From contig CAYPLZ010000001.1 of the NCBI GenBank assembly GCA_964411855.1, positions 1-33,012 on the forward strand: a DNA stretch of 33,012 nt, given 5' to 3'. Both the position numbers and the translations under genes were made by a program. How positions within the stretch are numbered: the first letter of the stretch is position 1; every line of letters starts with the position of its first letter. Shown in pieces: positions 26,242-33,012 of the stretch. The notes under the pieces were generated by a model that saw only the letters and a list, made by a program, of their open reading frames with translations, had not been told where the DNA came from and did no database searches. Origin of the DNA: an uncultured Candidatus Saccharibacteria bacterium (GTDB lineage: Bacteria > Patescibacteriota > Minisyncoccia > Minisyncoccales > CAYPLZ01).

Positions 26242-28074
26242 TCATTCAACAGTTACACTTTTAGCTAAATTCCTTGGTTTATCAATATCTCTTCCAAGTT
26301 CTAATCCAATATAGGCTGCAAGTAAATGAAGTGGAATCACAGTTAAAATTGGGGATAACATTTCAATTGTTTTTGGAACTATCACTAAATCGTCTGCTAA
26401 TTCTTTTAATTCTTTTTCTTTAGATTTGTTTGTAATAGCAGCTACTGGTCCTTCCCTAGTTTTAATTTCTTCTATTCCATTTACAATCTTTCCAAAAACA
26501 CTTGTATCGGGAGCTAAAAAGAAGGAAGGGAAGTTTTTATCTATTAAAGCAATTGGCCCATGCTTTAATTCTCCAGCTGGATAACTTTCTGCATGTAAAT
26601 AGGAAACTTCTTTTAGTTTTAAAGCTCCTTCAACTGCAATTGGGTAATTGAATTTTCTTCCAAAGAAAAAGAAATTCTTAAACTCTTTGTATTTTTTAGC
26701 TAATTCTTTTATTCTACTCTCATTTTCTGAAAGAGTTTTTTCTGCTAGCTCTGGTAATTTCTTTATTTCTTTAATAATTTTCTTTCCTTCAGACAAAGAC
26801 ATGTCTCTTTGTCTTCCTAAAAATACGGCTAACAAACCTAAAATAGTCATCTGTGAGATAAAAGCCTTTGTAGAGGCTACTCCAATTTCAGGACCAATAT
26901 GATTATAGACTCCAGCATCTGTTTCTCTAGCAACTGAAGAACCAACTACATTTACAATTCCTAAGGTTAACGCACCCTTTCTTTTAGCCTCTTCTATAGC
27001 TGCAAGAGTATCAGCGGTTTCTCCAGATTGTGAAACCGCTAAAACAGCTGTTTTTTCGTCTATTACGGGATTTCTATACCTAAATTCGGATCCAACTTCT
27101 ACCTCAACTGGGATTTTTGCATAATTTTCTATCATATACTCTCCAATTAGCCCGGCGTAATAAGCTGTCCCGCAAGCAACAATCATAATTCTTTCTATAT
27201 TCTTTAACTCATCTTTGTAATCAATTAAACCACCTAGTTTAGCAAGTCCTTTATCTTCGATTGTCCTTCCTCGAATGCTATCTTTAATTGCATCCGGTTC
27301 TTCAAAGATTTCTTTTAGCATGAAATGAGAATATCCTTTCTTCTGTGCCTCTTGAATTTCCATATCAAGTTCTTTTGGTTTCCTCTCTTGAATTGAATTG
27401 TTTTTATCTCTTATCTTAATGTCATCTTTTGTAATTGTTACCATCTCTCCATTTTCTAAAGGAATGACCTTGTTAGTATATGGCAAAAGTACAGAAGGAT
27501 CAGAACCAACAAAATATTCTCCGTCTTTTATTCCTACAATTAAAGGACTAGAAAATCTTGCAGCTACAATTTTATCAGGATCATCTTCATGAATTGCTGC
27601 AAAAGCATAAGCTCCTTCTAAATAATGGAGTGCTTTTTGAACTGCTTTTTCTAAATTACCTTCAAAAAAATGTTCAATGAGGTGAGCAATAACTTCAGTA
27701 TCAGTTTCTGAATCAAATTTATGTCCTTTTTCTTTTAGTTTTTCTTTAATTACTTTGTAATTTTCAATAATTCCATTATGGATTAAATATAATTTCTCTT
27801 CACAATCAGAATGAGGATGAGCATTCTTTTCAGTAACTTTTCCATTTGTAGCCCATCTTACATGACCTAACCCATAATTTCCTTTAAGATCTTCTTTCTT
27901 TAATTTCTTTTTTAAATTTTTAAGCTTTCCAACTGCTCTAACTCTAGTTCCCTTCCCATTATCAATTGTTGCTATCCCAGCACTATCATAGCCTCTGTAT
28001 TGGAGGTGTTTTAAACCATTCATTAAAATCGGCCTAGCTTTTTTATTGCCAATATAGCCTATTATTCCGCACAT
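26242..28074 (-). CDS. glmS: Glutamine--fructose-6-phosphate aminotransferase (isomerising)
   Basis: 610 aa. N-terminal nucleophile MCGIIGY, two SIS domains, and the C-terminal ...LAKSVTVE typical of GlmS. Confidence 0.95.
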   Translation of the reverse strand: MCGIIGYIGNKKARPILMNGLKHLQYRGYDSAGIATIDNGKGTRVRAVGKLKNLKKKLKKEDLKGNYGLGHVRWATNGKVTEKNAHPHSDCEEKLYLIHNGIIENYKVIKEKLKEKGHKFDSETDTEVIAHLIEHFFEGNLEKAVQKALHYLEGAYAFAAIHEDDPDKIVAARFSSPLIVGIKDGEYFVGSDPSVLLPYTNKVIPLENGEMVTITKDDIKIRDKNNSIQERKPKELDMEIQEAQKKGYSHFMLKEIFEEPDAIKDSIRGRTIEDKGLAKLGGLIDYKDELKNIERIMIVACGTAYYAGLIGEYMIENYAKIPVEVEVGSEFRYRNPVIDEKTAVLAVSQSGETADTLAAIEEAKRKGALTLGIVNVVGSSVARETDAGVYNHIGPEIGVASTKAFISQMTILGLLAVFLGRQRDMSLSEGKKIIKEIKKLPELAEKTLSENESRIKELAKKYKEFKNFFFFGRKFNYPIAVEGALKLKEVSYLHAESYPAGELKHGPIALIDKNFPSFFLAPDTSVFGKIVNGIEEIKTREGPVAAITNKSKEKELKELADDLVIVPKTIEMLSPILTVIPLHLLAAYIGLELGRDIDKPRNLAKSVTVE

Positions 28075-28079
28075 AAATT

Positions 28080-30488
28080 TTATGCAACAACAAAGTTGAT
28101 TAATTTATCTTGGACAAAAATTGCTTTTTTAATATCTTTCCCTTTTAACCATTTTTTAACTTTTTCTCTTTCTTGAGCTAACTTTTTAATTTTTTCTTCC
28201 TTAGTTCCTACTTCAGCTTCAAATTTATCCCTCATTTTCCCATCTATTTGCACTATTATTTCCACTACCTCTTTTTTAGCTATTTCTTCATCGTATTCTG
28301 GCCAATCGGCTAATTGAATGCTTTTATCGTGCCCTAGTCTTTCCCAAACTTCTTCGCAGAAGTGAGGTGCAAAAGGAGAAAGCATCTTAATTAAACTTTC
28401 ATAATATTTTTGCGGTATTTTTCCTGCTTTCTTCATTTCGTTTGTAAGAATCATCATTGAAGAAATAGCAGTATTAAACTTAAAGGAATCTATATCAGAA
28501 GTAACTTTTTTAATTGTTCTATGAGTTAATTCTTTTAATTCTTTATTCTCAATACCTTCTTCTACTTTCTCTAATTGGTCCATTACTTTTTCTAAAAATC
28601 TTCTTGCTCCAATAATACTATCTTTATTCCAAACAACTTCTTCTTCAAAAGGTCCCATAAACATCTCGTACAAACGAAGTACATCTGCTCCATATTCTTC
28701 AACAATATCATTTGGATTAACAACATTGCCTTTTGATTTAGACATCTTCTTTCCGCTTTCAGCTAGAATAAGTCCTTGGTTCTTTAATTTTTTAAATGGT
28801 TCCTTGGTAGAAACAACATCTATATCATACAAGAATTTGTGCCAGAATCTTGAATAAAGCAAGTGCAATACTGCATGCTCTGCCCCTCCTACATATAAGT
28901 CAACTGGCATCCAGTAATCTTCTTTTTCTTTTCCAACTAATTCCTCCTTGTTTTTTGGGTTAAGATATCTTAAATAATACCAACAAGACCCAGCCCATTG
29001 AGGCATTGTATTCGTTTCTCTTTTCGCATCTTCTCCACACTCTGGACAAGTTGTATTTACCCAATCTTCAACTTCAGCAAGAGGAGATTGAGCTGTTCCA
29101 GTTGGTTCGTACTTTTCAATATCTGGCAACTCTAAAGGTAAATCTTCTTCCGGAACAGGAACTGTTCCACACTTTGGGCAATGAATAATTGGAATAGGTT
29201 CTCCCCAGTATCTTTGTCTAGAAAAAACCCAATCCCTTAACTTATAATTAACACTTTTATCGCCTTTTCCTTTTTCTTTTAATTTCTCTGTAATCTCTTT
29301 TCTGGCTTTTTCAGAATCCATTCCATTAAATTCTCCTGAATTAACTAATTCTCCTTCTCCAGAATAAGCTTCCTCTTCTATATCTCCTCCTTTAATAACT
29401 TCAACAATTGGAAGATCATATTTTTGAGCAATTTCATAATCTCTTTCATCGTGAGCTGGAACAGACATTATTGCTCCATAGCCATAAGATCCTAAAACAT
29501 AATCAGCAATCCAAATTGGTATCTCTTTATCATTTACTGGATTAATAGCTGTTAATCCTTTAATTTCTACTCCTGTTTTCTCTTTATTTAGTTCAGTTCT
29601 TTGCAATTCTGATTTCTTTTGAGCTTGTTCAACATATTTTTCTATCTCTTTTTTGTTTTCAACTTCTACTTCTCCTTCTAAAATATTATCTACAATAGGA
29701 TGCTCTGGAGCCAAAACCATAAAGGTTGCTCCAAATAAAGTATCAGGTCTTGTAGTAAAGACTTCAATTTCTTTATTGATCTGTTTTACATCAAAATAGA
29801 TATCTGCACCCTCAGACCTTCCAATCCAATTTCTTTGCATCTCTTTAATTTCTTCTGGCCAATCTAATTCTTCCAAGTCTTCTAATAATCTATCTGCATA
29901 ACTAGTAATTTTTAGCATCCACTGTCTTATTCTTTTTCTTTCTACTTCACTATCACATCTTTCACATTTTCCTTGAATTACTTCTTCATTAGCTAACCCT
30001 GTTTTACAAGAAGGACACCAGTTAATTGGAACATCAGCTTGATAAGCTAAATCATTTTTATAAAGTTGGGTAAAGATCCATTGAGTCCACTTATAATAAT
30101 CGGGATCAGTAGTATTAATTTCTCTGGACCAATCATAAGAAAAGCCAATTGATTTCAGTTGATTTTTAAAGGTTTCAATATTTTTCTTAGTTGAAATTTG
30201 TGGTTTTACTCCAGTTTTTAAAGCATAATTTTCTGCAGGTAAACCAAAAGCATCCCATCCCATTGGATGTAAAACAGAAAAACCATTCATTCTTTTATAA
30301 CGTGAAATAATATCTGTAGCAGTATATCCTTCTACATGCCCAACATGTAATCCTTTTCCTGAAGGATAAGGAAACATATCAAGGCAATAAAACTTGGGTT
30401 TCTCACTATCTTTCTTAGCTTTGAAAAAATCATGTTCTTCCCAATATTTTTGCCACTTTTCTTCAATTTTTTTATGATTAAATTTCAT
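28080..30488 (-). CDS. leuS: Leucine--tRNA ligase
   Basis: 802 aa. HIGH-type motif ([10 protein letters not shown]), KMSKS ([10 protein letters not shown]), a CP1 editing insertion and Zn-type Cys pairs. Confidence 0.95.
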   Translation of the reverse strand: MKFNHKKIEEKWQKYWEEHDFFKAKKDSEKPKFYCLDMFPYPSGKGLHVGHVEGYTATDIISRYKRMNGFSVLHPMGWDAFGLPAENYALKTGVKPQISTKKNIETFKNQLKSIGFSYDWSREINTTDPDYYKWTQWIFTQLYKNDLAYQADVPINWCPSCKTGLANEEVIQGKCERCDSEVERKRIRQWMLKITSYADRLLEDLEELDWPEEIKEMQRNWIGRSEGADIYFDVKQINKEIEVFTTRPDTLFGATFMVLAPEHPIVDNILEGEVEVENKKEIEKYVEQAQKKSELQRTELNKEKTGVEIKGLTAINPVNDKEIPIWIADYVLGSYGYGAIMSVPAHDERDYEIAQKYDLPIVEVIKGGDIEEEAYSGEGELVNSGEFNGMDSEKARKEITEKLKEKGKGDKSVNYKLRDWVFSRQRYWGEPIPIIHCPKCGTVPVPEEDLPLELPDIEKYEPTGTAQSPLAEVEDWVNTTCPECGEDAKRETNTMPQWAGSCWYYLRYLNPKNKEELVGKEKEDYWMPVDLYVGGAEHAVLHLLYSRFWHKFLYDIDVVSTKEPFKKLKNQGLILAESGKKMSKSKGNVVNPNDIVEEYGADVLRLYEMFMGPFEEEVVWNKDSIIGARRFLEKVMDQLEKVEEGIENKELKELTHRTIKKVTSDIDSFKFNTAISSMMILTNEMKKAGKIPQKYYESLIKMLSPFAPHFCEEVWERLGHDKSIQLADWPEYDEEIAKKEVVEIIVQIDGKMRDKFEAEVGTKEEKIKKLAQEREKVKKWLKGKDIKKAIFVQDKLINFVVA

Positions 30489-30516
30489 AATTGCTTTCAG
30501 GAATTAATTATTATCT

Positions 30517-31272
30517 TTAGTGATGATTTAATTTAAATAATTTTTTGGCGTTTTTAGTAGTTTGCTTTTCAACCTCTTCTTCTTTTAAGTTTTTAATTCT
30601 AGCTATTTCCTTAATTATATAACGAGTATTAATTGGTTCATTTCTTTTCTCCTCCACTTCGGGAGGGAGGAGAAAAGGACAATCAGTTTCAACTAACATT
30701 TTCGAAAGTGAAATTTTTTCAATAACTTTTTCCGAATAAGGGTTTTTGTAGATAATTCCATTGAAACCAAGATAAAGTCCTAAATCTAAATATTTTTGAG
30801 CTGTTTCCCAGTCTCCACTAAAACAATGCACTACACCTTTTATCTTTTTATCAGAAAGTAAAGAAAGCATATCGGGATGAGCTTTTCTGCAATGCAACAC
30901 AAGAGGAAGATCTAATTCTTCTGCTAATTCTATTTGTTTTAAAAGAATCTCTTTTTGTCTTTTAACTTCTTTTTCATTTGGGTTTCTGTAATAATCTAAT
31001 CCAATTTCTCCAATTGCAACTACTTTTTCATTTTGAGCTAATTTTCTAAGTTTTTCAATCTTTACCTCTTCCTTTGCATGGCTTGGATGAATTCCAACCG
31101 TTGCATATATATTTTTGTGATTCTGAGCAATTTCTACTGCTTTTTTGCTAGTTTTAAAATCAGCTCCAACATTAATTACTCCTACATCTTTTTCAAGAGT
31201 TTTTTTAATTAACTCCTCTCTATCTTTATCGTAATTTTTAAAATTTAAGTGGGCGTGAGTGTCAAAAATCAT
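30517..31272 (-). CDS. tatD: TatD-family metal-dependent hydrolase/DNase
   Basis: 251 aa. IFDTHAHL N-terminus, the GEIGLDY motif and VLHCR. Conserved position directly downstream of metG. Confidence 0.88.
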   Translation of the reverse strand: MIFDTHAHLNFKNYDKDREELIKKTLEKDVGVINVGADFKTSKKAVEIAQNHKNIYATVGIHPSHAKEEVKIEKLRKLAQNEKVVAIGEIGLDYYRNPNEKEVKRQKEILLKQIELAEELDLPLVLHCRKAHPDMLSLLSDKKIKGVVHCFSGDWETAQKYLDLGLYLGFNGIIYKNPYSEKVIEKISLSKMLVETDCPFLLPPEVEEKRNEPINTRYIIKEIARIKNLKEEEVEKQTTKNAKKLFKLNHH

Positions 31273-31275
31273 AAT

Positions 31276-32715
31276 TTAATCTATTCTTGGAAATAATGTT
31301 TCTTTTTCTTTTGTTTTTAATTGTTTTTCAATCTTATGCGCTGTCTCTGGAAGAAAAGGTTTAATTAAAATGTCAATTTCTTCAATTATTTTTAATAGAT
31401 CAGCTAAAACCTTCTTATATCCTTCTTCTTTTTCCCAAGGTTTTTTGTCTTCAATATATCGATCTGAAAAACTAATTAATTCCCATACTCTATTTATAGC
31501 TCTATTTAACTTATAAGAATTCATTAGTTTTTCATAATCCTTTTTTGTTTTTTTAACTTCTTTTTCTACTTTTTCATTATTAAAACTATCTCCTTTTTTA
31601 ACCTCATACTTTTTAGCCAAAGTAAGTACTCTAGACACTAAATTTCCTAATCCATTTGCTAAATCAGAATTATATCTTTTTTTAAATTTATCATAACTAA
31701 AGTCTCCATCTTTAGTTGGTGGAATTTCACTAAGAAAAAAGTATCTTACTGCTTCTGTTCCGTACTTTTCAACTAGATCAAAGGGGTTAATAACATTTCC
31801 TACTGATTTTGACATCTTCTTTCCGTCTACAGTTATAAAGCCATGGACATAAATATTTTTTGGCAATTCAAGTCCTAAAGATAGGAGCATTCCAGGCCAA
31901 ATTAAAGAATGAAATTTTTGAATATCTTTTCCAATACAATGAATATTGGCTGGCCAGAACTTTTCAAAACTTTCCTTGTCATCATAATACCCAATTCCAG
32001 AAATATAATTTAATAAAGCATCTGCCCAACAATAGATAGTTTGGCTATCATCCCCTGGAACTTTAATCCCCCAATCTACTTTCTCAGCAGGTCTTGAAAA
32101 ACTAACATCATCTAACCCTTCCTCTATTATCTTTAGCATCTCTTTCTTCCTTGTTTTTGGAATAATATTAATTCTATCTTCTTCTATAGCTTTTTTTATC
32201 GCTTTCTCATACTTTGAAAGCTTAAAAAAATAGTTTTCTTCTTCTAATTTTTTAGGTTTATCTTGATGATGAGGGCATTCTCCGTCAACTAAATCTTTTT
32301 CAGTTAAAAAGGCCTCACATCCTTCACAATAAAAACCTTCATACTCTTTTTTGTAAATATCACCATTTCCTTTTAATTTTTCCCAAGCTTTTTTAACTGC
32401 TGGAATATGCTTTTTCTCATCAGTGGTTCGGATAAAATTATTATTAGAAATATTTAAAACCTTATTCAAGGCTCTAAAATTTTGTGAAACTTTATCAGTA
32501 AACTCTTTTGGATCTTTTCCTGCTTTTTTAGCAGTATTTTCTATTTTTTGCCCATGTTCGTCTGTTCCTGTTAAGAAGAATACGTTTTTATTCTTTAAAC
32601 GCTCGTATCTTGCTATTGTGTCTGCTTGAAGACACTCCAAAGCGAACCCAATATGTGGATCTGCATTAGCATAAGCAATACTAGTTGTAATATAAAAATT
32701 ATTGTTTTTAGGCAT
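31276..32715 (-). CDS. metG: Methionine--tRNA ligase (minimal form without the C-terminal tRNA-binding domain)
   Basis: 479 aa. FYITTSIAYANADPHIGF (HIGH-position motif), LTGTDEHGQK, zinc knuckle CEGCEAF...CPHH, and KMSKS (GKKMSKSVGN). Confidence 0.9.
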   Translation of the reverse strand: MPKNNNFYITTSIAYANADPHIGFALECLQADTIARYERLKNKNVFFLTGTDEHGQKIENTAKKAGKDPKEFTDKVSQNFRALNKVLNISNNNFIRTTDEKKHIPAVKKAWEKLKGNGDIYKKEYEGFYCEGCEAFLTEKDLVDGECPHHQDKPKKLEEENYFFKLSKYEKAIKKAIEEDRINIIPKTRKKEMLKIIEEGLDDVSFSRPAEKVDWGIKVPGDDSQTIYCWADALLNYISGIGYYDDKESFEKFWPANIHCIGKDIQKFHSLIWPGMLLSLGLELPKNIYVHGFITVDGKKMSKSVGNVINPFDLVEKYGTEAVRYFFLSEIPPTKDGDFSYDKFKKRYNSDLANGLGNLVSRVLTLAKKYEVKKGDSFNNEKVEKEVKKTKKDYEKLMNSYKLNRAINRVWELISFSDRYIEDKKPWEKEEGYKKVLADLLKIIEEIDILIKPFLPETAHKIEKQLKTKEKETLFPRID

Positions 32716-32724
32716 GATTTAATT

Positions 32725-32733
32725 ATTTTAACA
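32725..32733 (-). promoter_or_regulatory. Candidate extended -10 promoter (TGTTAAAAT) for the metG-led array
   Basis: The minus strand reads TGtTAAAAT. It ends 9 nt before the metG ATG and lies just downstream of a terminator. There is no SD. Confidence 0.45.
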
Positions 32734-32750
32734 CAAAATAGGCATTAGTA

Positions 32751-32776
32751 AACAAAAACCCGGTTTTAAAACCGGG
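32751..32776 (-). terminator. Intrinsic terminator of the upstream minus-strand gene
   Basis: 18-nt perfect palindrome cccggttttaaaaccggg (32759-32776), giving a 7-bp stem. On the minus-strand transcript it is followed by uuuuuguuu. Confidence 0.7.
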
Positions 32777-33011
32777 CTTTGATTAAATCAAATTTTAAAA
32801 TTAAATCGCTCCATTGATAATATTTATTTAATACTTGTATAAAACCGTTTTTTATTGTTTCTGTAAAAAATGCATAAGGATTAGTTTTTTCTAAAGAAAA
32901 TTGTATTAAAAGCCCATATTGGTTTATATTTTTAGTTTTACTAACATGTACTTCATCTAAACCAAAATTATTCTTTAAATTAGACTCTATATCTGAATAA
33001 TCTTTTTCTTG
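32766..33011 (-). CDS. 3' end of an unidentified protein gene (81 codons plus TAA; start lies outside the window)
   Basis: The minus-strand frame is open from the window edge (QEKDYSDIESNLKNNFGLDEVHVSK...YYQWSDLILKFDLIKARF*). The stop lies in the loop of the terminator palindrome. No family recognised. This ORF is absent from the supplied track because it has no start codon inside the window. Confidence 0.45.
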   Translation of the reverse strand, partial: QEKDYSDIESNLKNNFGLDEVHVSKTKNINQYGLLIQFSLEKTNPYAFFTETIKNGFIQVLNKYYQWSDLILKFDLIKARF

Positions 33012-33012
33012 T

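Noticed and set aside
28075-28079. A glmS ribozyme or riboswitch upstream of glmS.
   Set aside because: Only 5 nt separate the leuS stop from the glmS ATG, so there is no space for a leader RNA.
11092-30488. Inteins, group I/II introns or other large insertions in typical host genes (nrdD, topA, clpB, glmS, leuS, tRNA-Leu).
   Set aside because: All these proteins have canonical lengths with contiguous motifs. The tRNA is an uninterrupted 85 nt.
1105-32629. Seventeen 60-190-aa ORFs in the supplied track lie antisense inside larger genes: 1105..1362, 1627..2052, 6064..6339, 9958..10326, 11116..11319, 13439..14011, 14048..14419, 14823..15032, 17170..17502, 18095..18301, 19145..19405, 19956..20219, 25603..25821, 26648..26902, 27398..27592, 29006..29188 and 32423..32629.
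   Set aside because: Each is fully embedded opposite a confidently identified gene. Their composition is low-complexity and S/L/F/I-rich, as expected from reading K/E-rich codons backwards. None has a recognisable motif. I treat them as shadow ORFs.
1-33012. CRISPR arrays, transposases, integrases, phage genes, rRNA, or recognisable defence or secretion systems.
   Set aside because: I saw no direct-repeat/spacer periodicity and no ORF with recombinase, transposase, nuclease-helicase or similar signatures. Every ORF over 100 aa except the HtrA-like paralogue and the 102-aa ORF is accounted for by a housekeeping family.

Overview
This is an AT-rich, very gene-dense 33-kb chromosomal segment (G+C looks like roughly one third by eye; not computed). 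I support about 30 protein genes, one tRNA, several intrinsic terminators and a few promoter-like motifs.

The standard genetic code fits. TAA is the dominant stop, and TGA and TAG also end clearly complete genes.

Nearly everything is housekeeping, arranged in long co-directional minus-strand arrays:
- Proteostasis: ClpB, HtrA and an HtrA-like paralogue.
- Envelope glycosylation: a four-gene cluster of GT2, clan GH-A-like hydrolase, EamA/DMT transporter and GT-B/GT28-like transferase.
- Nucleotide supply and DNA uptake: ComEC, NrdG and NrdD.
- Division and ribosome-related genes: FtsZ, FtsA, YbeY, YqeY, S21, a HIT protein, HisRS and LepB.
- A plus-strand island: Pth, TopA and tRNA-Leu(CAA).
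- UDP-GlcNAc supply: a GlmU-like enzyme, a YvcK/CofD-family protein, MurA and GlmS.
- LeuRS, TatD and MetRS.

Short proteins, a class III RNR, ComEC, a minimal FtsZ and the near absence of Shine-Dalgarno motifs suggest a reduced-genome bacterium such as Patescibacteria/CPR. That is inference only.

I see no rRNA, CRISPR array, transposase, integrase, intein or obvious defence system.

The one stretch that housekeeping does not explain is 25.34-26.24 kb, between murA and glmS. It holds two orphan small ORFs that form a single reading frame interrupted by one TGA; the first has an Fe-S-like cysteine spacing. Next to them is a ~320-bp non-coding tract with three inverted repeats and several AGGAG-like motifs.

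Several housekeeping genes also carry unusual variants:
- The HtrA paralogue has all three catalytic residues replaced.
- FtsZ lacks its C-terminal tail.
- MurA has Asp in place of the active-site Cys.
- MetRS has HIGF instead of HIGH.

All family calls come from motif recognition by eye. No database search was possible.
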